Of a DNA stretch of 39,757 bases, positions 18,253-28,351 are shown one piece after another. The notes beneath the pieces were generated by a model. The model saw nothing but the letters and a program-made list of their open reading frames with translations. It had not been told where the DNA came from and did no database searches. The translations under genes were made by a program, and so were the position numbers. The stretch comes from a virus (lineage: Duplodnaviria > Caudoviricetes): IMG/VR virus record IMGVR_UViG_3300009161_003303, positions 1-39,757 of that record, one strand, 5' to 3'. The stretch's first letter is position 1. Each line of letters begins with the position of its first letter.

Positions 18253-19052
18253 ATTAATTTATTCTGTTTAAAAATTTCTGCTATCGTATTAACTATATTT
18301 TCTTCATAATTTACGAACTGTTTAGCTAAATTCCAATTTCTTTCTATACTTTCTTTTTTAGATTCATAAAAATCTTCAGTTAAATTATTACATACGTGAA
18401 TTAAATCATCTATATTATTAACTACTAGTATGCTGTCCATATCAAAAAAGTCTCCTATATTAGAACAACCCCAGTATACCGGAATTGTCTTTAATAAAAA
18501 ACAATCTAATATCTTTTCACTAAAGTAATTCCTATGTGAAACATTTTCTATAACAACACCGAACTGTGAATCGCTGAAGATAAACTCTTTACCTACCCTA
18601 GCATCCTCTATGTTATTCCTATCACCGTAAACCTCGTAGAACTTAGTAGGTATTTTAAGTTCATTTTTTCTAGCTGTTACTTCATGCCTTAAAGAATGAC
18701 CGTAGGTTTTTAATAGTTTACCTTGTAGGTGAGCTAATCTAAATTCTTTATCATGTTCTTTTTCATACTGGTCTGGTTTTAACCAAGTATGTCCAAATGG
18801 TAGTAAGAGAGCATTATCGCAATTGTTTAATACTTTATCATCCCAGGTTAATATAGCGGAGAATAAATCTTTGTTCTGAATAACCCAGTCATGTAACCCG
18901 AAGTACTCATTTGGTTCATGAAGGGAGATAATATTGATTGGTGATAGTTCTTCTTGTGAGGTTGGGATGCTTTCTACAAATAATGAAAAATCAATACCCT
19001 TATAAGGTTCTAATAATTTTTCAACATCAAAATGAATTGCTTTTATTTTCAT
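18249..19052 (-). CDS. GT10-like (alpha-1,3-fucosyltransferase motif) glycosyltransferase
   Basis: F.VVIEN....NYFSEKILDCF...TIPVYWG. Confidence 0.75.
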   Translation of the reverse strand: MKIKAIHFDVEKLLEPYKGIDFSLFVESIPTSQEELSPINIISLHEPNEYFGLHDWVIQNKDLFSAILTWDDKVLNNCDNALLLPFGHTWLKPDQYEKEHDKEFRLAHLQGKLLKTYGHSLRHEVTARKNELKIPTKFYEVYGDRNNIEDARVGKEFIFSDSQFGVVIENVSHRNYFSEKILDCFLLKTIPVYWGCSNIGDFFDMDSILVVNNIDDLIHVCNNLTEDFYESKKESIERNWNLAKQFVNYEENIVNTIAEIFKQNKLI

Positions 19053-19579
19053 TTAACTGCCTGAATGTTTAAGCTCATTAATTGTCCGTTTGAATCTAAA
19101 TGCGGTAAGTATGCCTGGCTAAAATCATCTATTGAAGCGTGTTCAGTTAATTTATGATCGTATTCTACTATGGAGCTAAAACCTATATCCGTCAGGTCGT
19201 TTATCATTGAGTTCATATCAAAAGTAATATAGTGATAATTCTCATCATAATCTTGACCTCCGTAAAGTAAGCCCATTACCTCTTGTAGGTTTCCTGTTTG
19301 AATATAGCGGCTAGTAATAGCCGAGAAGTTCGGAACAGCTAAACGTAAAACACCACCTGGTTTTAAAATCTCAAACCATCGAGTTAAAGTGTTCTTATAC
19401 TCCCATCTACTAAAATGCTCTAGTACATGACAGGCGTAAATTAAATCTACAGAGTCATTTTTATAATTTCTAAGAAATCGTATATTATTTACTTCATCAA
19501 CACCTGGTAGGTATCTGATATCAATATTAGTAAAGCCTTTAATATGCTTTGTTCCGCAACCTAAATGTAATTTTGTCAT
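19049..19579 (-). CDS. Class I SAM-dependent methyltransferase
   Basis: KLHLGCG, HVLEHF and LKPGGVL.LAVP motifs. Confidence 0.85.
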   Translation of the reverse strand: MTKLHLGCGTKHIKGFTNIDIRYLPGVDEVNNIRFLRNYKNDSVDLIYACHVLEHFSRWEYKNTLTRWFEILKPGGVLRLAVPNFSAITSRYIQTGNLQEVMGLLYGGQDYDENYHYITFDMNSMINDLTDIGFSSIVEYDHKLTEHASIDDFSQAYLPHLDSNGQLMSLNIQAVK

Positions 19580-20202
19580 AATGTTTCGTAATAGTTGTTT
19601 TGTTTTTCTTGTTTTTCAATTGTTTTAGGATGTATTAGAGATAATTCATCCACTGCTGGTAATGCCGTATATTGTTTATGACCTTCAATCACTTCATGGA
19701 CTTTATTCTTCCATTTGATATAAGGAATGTTTCTATAGATTCTAGTCTGATAATCAGGGTAGTTAACCTTCCCATTCTCAACTCTCCAACCCCATCTCTG
19801 TATATGCTCCTGGGTGAGACCACTTACGGTATTAATCCTAGGAACATAATACAGATCAACTTCGGGGTTAGATTCTATTATTGTATGAATTAAATCAACA
19901 AATTCGCCTGTTATGTACTCGTCAGCATCAATCTGAAATATAAAATCTCCAGTACAGAAAGTATTTAGTTTATTCTTCCAATCAGCAAAATGACCTTGAA
20001 ATTCATCTGAATACCAGGTAAAGCCTGAGTCTGCTGTTACAGAATGACTTCTCAAGTACTCTTCTACTCCCTTAGTCCCATTCTTAGAATCAAATAGGAT
20101 TACTATTTCATCTTGAGGCTTTTTAAACCTAAGAAGGTGGTAGAGTAAGTTTTGAAGTTCTGCTTCTTCATTACAGACAGTAACGGCGTAACTAATTTTC
20201 AT
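19576..20202 (-). CDS. Family 2 glycosyltransferase
   Basis: TVCNE, QIDADE, PDYQTRIY and KVHE motifs. Confidence 0.85.
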   Translation of the reverse strand: MKISYAVTVCNEEAELQNLLYHLLRFKKPQDEIVILFDSKNGTKGVEEYLRSHSVTADSGFTWYSDEFQGHFADWKNKLNTFCTGDFIFQIDADEYITGEFVDLIHTIIESNPEVDLYYVPRINTVSGLTQEHIQRWGWRVENGKVNYPDYQTRIYRNIPYIKWKNKVHEVIEGHKQYTALPAVDELSLIHPKTIEKQEKQNNYYETL

Positions 20203-20203
20203 A

Positions 20204-20218
20204 CTATAAAGATATGAA
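20204..20218 (-). promoter_or_regulatory. Class-1 promoter core variant TTCATATCTTTATAG
   Basis: Near-match to the core, 1 nt before the ATG at 20202; heads the 13 kb glycan run. Confidence 0.45.
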
Positions 20219-20659
20219 CTAAGCTGTTAAAAAGCCAATATAATCTAAAGCTTCCATAAAATCTTTTTCTGTAAAATAGACTTGGTTAGCCATATCCATT
20301 TTATATTCAGTCTTAAGATTAGGATTCTTCTTCTTATCTTCTTTTGTTCTCTTGATTGCCTTGACAGCAGCCCATCGCCAGTCTTTTCCACCTGGTCCAT
20401 AAGCGAAGATCATTCCTTTTGCTGCATCAGCAACACCGGAAGGCATCCACATTTTACCTGTCTTATCTTTAAAAAGTAAGTCTTTATAGAGTTCAGGTAA
20501 GGACTCCATCTGCTGATTCATAAATTCAGACCCCTCTGTCATTAAGGTGTTGCTTTGAAAGCCACACCCATAACAGAAGTGATTTGTAATCTCAGGAGTT
20601 ACCTCTTGTACGTAGCAGGCATCAGAGCCGCATCTATCACAAATTATTAATTTATCCAT
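20219..20659 (-). CDS. Zn-ribbon hypothetical protein
   Basis: CDRC...CYGC. Confidence 0.7.
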   Translation of the reverse strand: MDKLIICDRCGSDACYVQEVTPEITNHFCYGCGFQSNTLMTEGSEFMNQQMESLPELYKDLLFKDKTGKMWMPSGVADAAKGMIFAYGPGGKDWRWAAVKAIKRTKEDKKKNPNLKTEYKMDMANQVYFTEKDFMEALDYIGFLTA

Positions 20660-21949
20660 TTAAATCTTTTTTAACTTTGGTAATTCTAATTTCTTTAATT
20701 GAGGTAGTTGTAACTTAACCTCTTTAGGGAATTCAGGTATTAGAGCGGTTAGACGTTCATCAATCAATTCTTTCATCTTTTCATATGAGAACTCAGTTTT
20801 TGACTTGTAAGCCTGTCTAACGGCCTTCTCTTGATACTTCTTGTAATTCTCAAATACATCCTTAAGGTAGTGGCCGATTTGACCATTATCAGGAGTAAAC
20901 CATTTAGCTTCTTGAAGTAAGAATTGATTTGCTGCCGAAGGATGTACCGGTGTTAGCTCACCTGTAAGTAAGGTTGTGAACTCTGGGTTAAGATAATCTA
21001 ACTGTCCAGACCAGCCTGTCGTAATGATCGGCTTTTTAACTAAAGAGAATTCAAGTAAAGGTCTTCCAAATCCTTCTCCTTTAGTTAGATTAATCATTGC
21101 TTTAACTTTTGAATGATTATAAATTTCGTTCATCTCCTGGTCTGTAAATTCACCATGAAGCAAATAAACGTTAGGAAGATTCTTAGAATTAACTGTTGCT
21201 TTAATCTGAGCAATCCTTTTTAGTATCTCTTCTCTATCCATATAAGAAGTTCCTCCTATAGATGTTTTTAATATCAAGGCAGGCTTCTTAGTTTTATTCT
21301 TAAAGGTTTCATAGAATGCTTTGATTAATAAACCAACATTCTTTCTATCTTCTCCAATATCACCCGGTAGCCAATGGCCTACAAATAGGTAAGCAAAGTC
21401 TTCTTTAACCTGAATATCGATAGAGCATGGAGTAGTTAATGGTTTATATTTCTCAATATCCGCTCCTTCAAATAAAACCTCAATAGGTTTTGTAACTCTA
21501 ATCTCTCTAATTACTTCTTTAGTCTGTTGATTAACCTCCTGTGCAAAAGATTCCATCATTGAGAACTTAGCATGCTCAGAAGATACAAACGTTACATCCA
21601 TTCTATTCACTCCTTCAATAAAGTCCGGAGGAGTTATTGTGGTTTCGATCCCGGCAGTGAATCCGATATTGTATTTACCAATAGGCTGGAATTCATTAGC
21701 AACAGTAACCTGTGCCCAGATCTCTGGCTGTTTAGGTAACTGAGGTTGATTTAAGAAGTGATCTATTAGAAAGCCCCACTCCTGTTGATGATCCTGAATG
21801 AAGTTCCAAGGAGTACCTCCCCATCTCTGAGGAAGTATCTTGACATCGTATTTATTGGTTTCGATAATAGCCTTAACTAAATCTCTTGATCTTGATCCGT
21901 ACCCACTGTAGGTATCGATCGGACAGCTGATTACAAATAATGGTTTCAT
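20660..21949 (-). CDS. Family 4-like (GT-B) glycosyltransferase
   Basis: YSGYG, DRKNVG and GEGFGRPLLEF motifs. Confidence 0.85.
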   Translation of the reverse strand: MKPLFVISCPIDTYSGYGSRSRDLVKAIIETNKYDVKILPQRWGGTPWNFIQDHQQEWGFLIDHFLNQPQLPKQPEIWAQVTVANEFQPIGKYNIGFTAGIETTITPPDFIEGVNRMDVTFVSSEHAKFSMMESFAQEVNQQTKEVIREIRVTKPIEVLFEGADIEKYKPLTTPCSIDIQVKEDFAYLFVGHWLPGDIGEDRKNVGLLIKAFYETFKNKTKKPALILKTSIGGTSYMDREEILKRIAQIKATVNSKNLPNVYLLHGEFTDQEMNEIYNHSKVKAMINLTKGEGFGRPLLEFSLVKKPIITTGWSGQLDYLNPEFTTLLTGELTPVHPSAANQFLLQEAKWFTPDNGQIGHYLKDVFENYKKYQEKAVRQAYKSKTEFSYEKMKELIDERLTALIPEFPKEVKLQLPQLKKLELPKLKKI

Positions 21950-21952
21950 TGA

Positions 21953-23389
21953 TTAGTATATTAATTTATGAACTAATTTCTTTTTAGCAACCTCTCCTGC
22001 TAAAATAAATTCAAACTTCTCTCTTGGCTGCCATTGATCAAATAACTGATCAATATAAGTAATTACCCGGTTACTCATCTTCTCTGAAGTAAATCCAGCT
22101 TCATCTCCTAAAGCCCATTCCCTACCTGCTGATCCTCTTAGTTTTCTCTCTAAGGAAGACATGTTGTAGAGTGCCTCAATCTGTTTTGCAGCATCTTCTG
22201 CCTCGCATCTATCATCATATATATACGGGGTTGGTACAGACCCAACAATTGATCTTGAGGTTGGGTAGACAGGGAATGCCCATGCACCGTGATCCTTATA
22301 AGTACCTCTGTGGTTACTTGGAAAGTCTGCATCAAAGTCAATCCATTTACCGTCTTTGGTAAATCTCATCTGATCCTGCATACCTCCGGTAACGTTTGCT
22401 ATGATTGGTGTTCCGGTCAATAAAGCCTCAGTCAAACTCAAACCCCATCCTTCATTAGAAGTTAATAGAATACAAGTATCAGAAAGGTTATACAACCAGT
22501 TCATCCTAGTTGGATCATACATGCCATTGGTAAAATATACATGCTGGTGATCCTCCGGACATAATAAGTCAATGACTGCATGTAGGTCTGTTCCATGCTC
22601 TTCAACCGGCTGGGTGTGAAGTAAGAACAAGCACTTATCCTGCTTCTCAATCGGTAAAGTATCTAGGAAATGCCTGTAGGCCAGAATCGCATCCGGAATC
22701 TGTTTACGTCTAATGTTTCTAGAATTAAAGAATAGAACGTATTCAAATTCTTTTCCTTTAAACATCTGGTCTTTAAACTCTAAAAATTCCTTAGTATTCT
22801 TTTCTTCTTCCGTCAAAGGCTTAAAGTTATTATGGTTCACACCATGCGGTACATACTCGATTACTTTCTTACTGGCCTTATCACCCAATACTAATTTGTT
22901 GATATTAACTGTCTGCTTTGAAATACCTAACAAGGCATCACACGATTCATAAAACTCTTTGTTGTACAAAGGTGCCGGATAATCATCCCAAATATTCAAA
23001 TATATAATCGGAATGTGTTTCCTAATCTCATTCTCCATTTGGAACAACCAAGTCCAATACCTTGGATCGGTGATGATGAAGATAGCATCCGGCTTCTCCA
23101 TCTGTATCAACTGACGGACTATATCCGGATTACCGTACCCATCTGTTGGATATAAGGTAATAAACGAATCCTCAATACCCATCTGGTTGTTGGTATCCTG
23201 TGAGAGGTCGAACCTCTGTCCGGCTTCCGGGTGCTTCACCGCACCTCCTAAGTTAATCCAGTTGTAGTGATGGGCGGTATTCATCACTAATTCCCTACCC
23301 ATGTGTGCAATACCTGAATGAACGCGAATATCATCGCACATTAGCAGGATTTTCTTTCTTTGATCTTTTGGTATATAACCTTGCTTCAT
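21953..23389 (-). CDS. Family 4-like (GT-B) glycosyltransferase
   Basis: HSGIA, YVPHG, RNIRRK and NEGWGLSLTEA motifs. Confidence 0.85.
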   Translation of the reverse strand: MKQGYIPKDQRKKILLMCDDIRVHSGIAHMGRELVMNTAHHYNWINLGGAVKHPEAGQRFDLSQDTNNQMGIEDSFITLYPTDGYGNPDIVRQLIQMEKPDAIFIITDPRYWTWLFQMENEIRKHIPIIYLNIWDDYPAPLYNKEFYESCDALLGISKQTVNINKLVLGDKASKKVIEYVPHGVNHNNFKPLTEEEKNTKEFLEFKDQMFKGKEFEYVLFFNSRNIRRKQIPDAILAYRHFLDTLPIEKQDKCLFLLHTQPVEEHGTDLHAVIDLLCPEDHQHVYFTNGMYDPTRMNWLYNLSDTCILLTSNEGWGLSLTEALLTGTPIIANVTGGMQDQMRFTKDGKWIDFDADFPSNHRGTYKDHGAWAFPVYPTSRSIVGSVPTPYIYDDRCEAEDAAKQIEALYNMSSLERKLRGSAGREWALGDEAGFTSEKMSNRVITYIDQLFDQWQPREKFEFILAGEVAKKKLVHKLIY

Positions 23390-23441
23390 ATTAAATGTAA
23401 CTTAAATGTAATAACTTTTTAGAACTTCTGCAAGTTCTTTT

Positions 23442-23633
23442 TTAATCTTCTTTGTGGTTTAGGATCGCTCTTTTAAAGTCTTCGTCGTTTAAATACAAGT
23501 CCATGCATCTGTTTACTAAGTTAGTTAGAGAGAACCGGTCACGGATGCACTCTACTTTGAAATCATTAAATCTGTCCTCGTTAACCTTCACGGAGGTCAA
23601 AACCATTTTCTTTTTAGGGATCGTGTTTGTCAT
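23442..23633 (-). CDS. Small ribbon-helix-helix-like protein (start revised to MTNTIPKK at 23633)
   Basis: LTSVKV strand followed by two helices; class-2 motif just upstream. Confidence 0.6.
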   Translation of the reverse strand: MTNTIPKKKMVLTSVKVNEDRFNDFKVECIRDRFSLTNLVNRCMDLYLNDEDFKRAILNHKED

Positions 23634-23647
23634 AGTTATATCTTTAT

Positions 23648-23655
23648 TATAAATA
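23648..23655 (-). promoter_or_regulatory. Class-2 (putative late) promoter TATTTATA
   Basis: Intergenic, 14 nt before the ATG. Confidence 0.55.
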
Positions 23656-23685
23656 TATAGGCTTGAAAAATCGCGGTCCAAATCT

Positions 23686-24645
23686 TTATTTTTTTGCGCC
23701 CTCGGCCCCCCTATCACATAAATCCGGCCTGTCCTTAAATGCACACCACTTACATGCTTGGTCGGAAGCTTTCTTCTCATGCTGTTTGTCTATAAGCGTG
23801 CCATCAAGGTTAAAGCAGGTTTTAATAAAGTCATCTATGACTGCTAAAGCCTTCTTAGTCTTTATAGGACCAGAAGGTGGGATCCACTGTTGAATCCTTT
23901 TTTGTGCAAACTCTGCCTGCTCCCAAATTTTTCTCTTAACAATAAAAAACTCCACATTTATTTTATCAACCGGGACTCCAAACTGCCTACTAAAGTATTC
24001 TTTATAAAAGATTAGCTGCATCGGCTTCACTTCGTCTTTCTTCTCCTTATCACCCCATCCCCTGGTTGATGTTTTAATATCATAGATATAAAAGCATTCT
24101 GTATTCTCATTATAGAGAACTAAATCTAAGAAGCCTTTGTATAATGTATTTGGGTACTCTGGATTAGGCGTAAGTAAGATTGGTGTTTCAATTCCAACTA
24201 AATGCCATCCTTTGATATTAAAATAAGCCTTCCTGTTCTTCTTTAGGAAGTCTAAGATTGCTATTCCATCTTCTAGAAAGTCTGCTAGTTCTTCCTTAGT
24301 TGAGAAATGCTCTTTGTTGTTCTTATCCAGCTCGGTAATATAAATGTACTTCAGTTTATTGAATAGATACTCATGTAGATCTATTTTATCTGCCTCTACT
24401 GCCGAAGTTTCATACATGACTGTAAGCCAGTTCTGAACCGTTTCATGAAAGGCTGTTCCAAAGACTGTATGGATGGTTGGCCGATAAACCTTATGACCCT
24501 GCTTGTAGACCAGGTCCCATTGGTAGGGACACTGGTGATACATTTGCAGTTGTGAAAAAGAAATATTTTTTTGTGTGGTGTAGTCGATAGCAGGAAGCTT
24601 AAACTTCTGTACCTGTTTGACTATCTGCGGAACCTTGTTTGTCAT
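23686..24645 (-). CDS. PD-(D/E)xK exonuclease, Cas4/AddB-like with four-Cys Fe-S staple
   Basis: SFSQ...CP, FGTAFH, GFLDLV, YDIKT, QLIFY and CKWC...C motifs. Confidence 0.85.
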   Translation of the reverse strand: MTNKVPQIVKQVQKFKLPAIDYTTQKNISFSQLQMYHQCPYQWDLVYKQGHKVYRPTIHTVFGTAFHETVQNWLTVMYETSAVEADKIDLHEYLFNKLKYIYITELDKNNKEHFSTKEELADFLEDGIAILDFLKKNRKAYFNIKGWHLVGIETPILLTPNPEYPNTLYKGFLDLVLYNENTECFYIYDIKTSTRGWGDKEKKDEVKPMQLIFYKEYFSRQFGVPVDKINVEFFIVKRKIWEQAEFAQKRIQQWIPPSGPIKTKKALAVIDDFIKTCFNLDGTLIDKQHEKKASDQACKWCAFKDRPDLCDRGAEGAKK

Positions 24646-24859
24646 TCTGTAACTCTTGTTTTAACTTTGTCAAGTATAAGATTGCATCCATGTGTTCCTC
24701 TAATGCATGATCAATCCATTGAATCGGGGTTAGATCTTTCCTATCTAATGTGTTGTTGTATTTAGCAAAGCCCATCTCAGCTCTATCAACAAACTTATTT
24801 AGGATTGTATCTACTACTGAATCTGGAACAAAGGAAGTATAATTAATCTTCCTGCTCAT
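24599..24859 (-). CDS. Small all-helical protein, possible MazG-like NTP pyrophosphatase
   Basis: G.AKY..TLDR and HALEEHMDAILY (EExxD). Confidence 0.5.
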   Translation of the reverse strand: MSRKINYTSFVPDSVVDTILNKFVDRAEMGFAKYNNTLDRKDLTPIQWIDHALEEHMDAILYLTKLKQELQNDKQGSADSQTGTEV

Positions 24860-25088
24860 CTGAAAATTCAGCTCTTAAGTCTTTCGGTAAGGTATCTACT
24901 AATACTTTTCCTGTTTGAATGTCGTAGAATACTGGAATAGGCATTACTGCATCTTCATCAGTACCTGCTACAAAGCGGCTGATCTTTCTTAAGATTACTC
25001 CTTCGGCAAATACTTGATTGCCTTCTGGTGATAAAATTGGCTGTGTGTTTTTTAAATCGATGTTTAGTTTTAAATCTTCTTTGTTCAT
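24843..25088 (-). CDS. Hypothetical protein
   Basis: 81 aa, ATGA-coupled. Confidence 0.7.
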   Translation of the reverse strand: MNKEDLKLNIDLKNTQPILSPEGNQVFAEGVILRKISRFVAGTDEDAVMPIPVFYDIQTGKVLVDTLPKDLRAEFSDEQED

Positions 25089-25354
25089 ATTTCGTAGTCT
25101 CCGTATATTGAATATTGTTTTGGTTTTTCTTCTGGTATTATTACTTCGGTTGAGTAGATGGCATAAAGGTTACCCTGTAATGGTTCTAGTCTGTATGCTA
25201 AAGGCTTTAAGGTTGCTTTCTGATAATAAGCTTCCAAAGCATCAGTTATGCTCTTCCTGGTCTCCGTCTCCCCCTCCAAGGTCCATCTGTCCCCCGGCGG
25301 TGTTCTCTTGGCTATCAACTGTAGCTTCTCCTGTATTTCCGTCTTGTTGTTCAT
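25085..25354 (-). CDS. Hypothetical protein
   Basis: 89 aa ORF coupled to the downstream gene. Confidence 0.6.
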   Translation of the reverse strand: MNNKTEIQEKLQLIAKRTPPGDRWTLEGETETRKSITDALEAYYQKATLKPLAYRLEPLQGNLYAIYSTEVIIPEEKPKQYSIYGDYEI

Positions 25355-25553
25355 CTTCGATTGGTTCTATTGTCTTAATTTCATTTACAAAGAAGTACTG
25401 GTCTGCTTGCTTGAAAGCTTTTTCGGCATGCCAAAGTTCCTTTAGTTCAGTTATATGTTCGGAAGTGAGAACACCTCCTGGCTTTATTTTCAAAGTTCTA
25501 ACTATCTCAAATAGCTCGTCCTGTATTGAAAGTGTTCTCCCTATTCCTACCAT
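25242..25553 (-). CDS. Hypothetical protein
   Basis: Starts 2 nt after the groEL stop; acidic tail overlaps the next gene by 113 nt. Confidence 0.6.
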   Translation of the reverse strand: MVGIGRTLSIQDELFEIVRTLKIKPGGVLTSEHITELKELWHAEKAFKQADQYFFVNEIKTIEPIEDEQQDGNTGEATVDSQENTAGGQMDLGGGDGDQEEHN

Positions 25554-25555
25554 AA

Positions 25556-27178
<1,623 letters not shown>

Positions 27179-27496
27179 TTAAAATGCCGGTTCTTCTAAT
27201 TGATCTTCTGATACTAATACTGCTAAGATTTGATTCTCAGGACCGATATAATATTCTTCTCCTTTGAATTCAAATTTAGTAAAACCCATAGTAGGTAATA
27301 CTGCAATGTCACCAACCTTTGCTGTGGTTGTTACAAAGCCAACTCCCGGGACTGTAATTCCGTCTCCGACAGATACTACTTGCCCGATTTTGTTCTTTTC
27401 GTTTCCTAAATCAGGAACGATAATGTTTCCGTACTGCTCTTCCTCAAACTCATAAGGCTTAAGGATGACTGCGTTGTAGATTGCTTTTAATTTCAT
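27179..27496 (-). CDS. groS: Co-chaperonin GroES
   Basis: GNIIVPD mobile loop, GQVVSVGDG and KVGD; adjacent to groEL. Confidence 0.92.
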   Translation of the reverse strand: MKLKAIYNAVILKPYEFEEEQYGNIIVPDLGNEKNKIGQVVSVGDGITVPGVGFVTTTAKVGDIAVLPTMGFTKFEFKGEEYYIGPENQILAVLVSEDQLEEPAF

Positions 27497-27780
27497 TTTA
27501 TTGTAACTTGTTTTAATTCTTGTAAACGGGTTTTATGTGAAGAGATAAACTCCTTAAGTGAGGTATAGTCCTGATTCTTGATTGAATCTTCTGCGATACT
27601 ATCTAAACATCTTTCTAAATCTGAATAGTAGCCTAAGGTGCAGTCACGTACTCGATCGGAGTTTCCCGCTTTAATTTTTTTGATTGCTGTGTAGCAATTC
27701 TGATCATACTGAATGTAGTAAGGCTCTAAGAGAGCATCAGTAATAGTGTAAATACTTGAGTTTTTTTCCTTTTTATCCAT
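27493..27780 (-). CDS. Hypothetical protein
   Basis: First gene after a class-1 promoter; ATGA-coupled to groES. Confidence 0.7.
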   Translation of the reverse strand: MDKKEKNSSIYTITDALLEPYYIQYDQNCYTAIKKIKAGNSDRVRDCTLGYYSDLERCLDSIAEDSIKNQDYTSLKEFISSHKTRLQELKQVTIK

Positions 27781-27791
27781 AACTTTAATAT

Positions 27792-27821
27792 TAATATACG
27801 AACTTTTATTTGTAAATGCAA
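27792..27821 (-). promoter_or_regulatory. Class-1 promoter of the groES-groEL run
   Basis: TTGC-N17-CGTATATTA. Confidence 0.7.
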
Positions 27822-27837
27822 CTTTATTATAAATATA

Positions 27838-28170
27838 TTAGATACCAAAACTCTCACCGCAGCCACAAGTTCTACTTGCATTTGGATTGGTAAATAAGAA
27901 TCCTTTACCGTTCAAACCTTCAGTGAAGTCTAATTCGGTTCCTAGTAGGTACAATAGGGATTTTTTATCAATAACTAATTTTAGACCCTGGTCTTCTGAT
28001 ACTTGATCCGAATCAACTACTGTATCATCAAAGTGTAAATCATAAGTTAAACCAGAACAACCTCCACCCTTTACAGAGACTCTTAAAAAGTGATTTTTAG
28101 TACATTGCTCTTCTGCCATCAGTTTATCTAATTGTAATTTAGCTTTTGTGGTTAGAGTGAATATTTTCAT
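27838..28170 (-). CDS. iscA: A-type Fe-S cluster carrier (IscA/SufA/HesB family)
   Basis: GGGCSGLTY and NPNASRTCGCGESF motifs. Confidence 0.93.
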   Translation of the reverse strand: MKIFTLTTKAKLQLDKLMAEEQCTKNHFLRVSVKGGGCSGLTYDLHFDDTVVDSDQVSEDQGLKLVIDKKSLLYLLGTELDFTEGLNGKGFLFTNPNASRTCGCGESFGI

Positions 28171-28327
28171 TTCCTTTAGTGTGTTTTGGTTCGTATGGAC
28201 AATTTAAACATTTATTTCCACAACAATTCCCTAACTTAATTAAGGTTACTGCGGACAATGGGAGTGGTTTTCGTTGTAGGGTATCCCAATCAAGATCGTC
28301 TAATCGTTCAAGTGTTTTTTTATCCAT
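28139..28327 (-). CDS. Cys-rich small protein (DUF5522-like)
   Basis: GNCCGNKCLNCPY. Confidence 0.65.
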   Translation of the reverse strand: MDKKTLERLDDLDWDTLQRKPLPLSAVTLIKLGNCCGNKCLNCPYEPKHTKGNENIHSNHKS

Positions 28328-28351
28328 TTAGATTCTTATTATAAGTATTAC

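Noticed and set aside
23634-23780. N-terminal extension of the 112 aa ORF
   Set aside because: Runs through the exonuclease 3' end and a promoter motif; the start at 23633 fits better.
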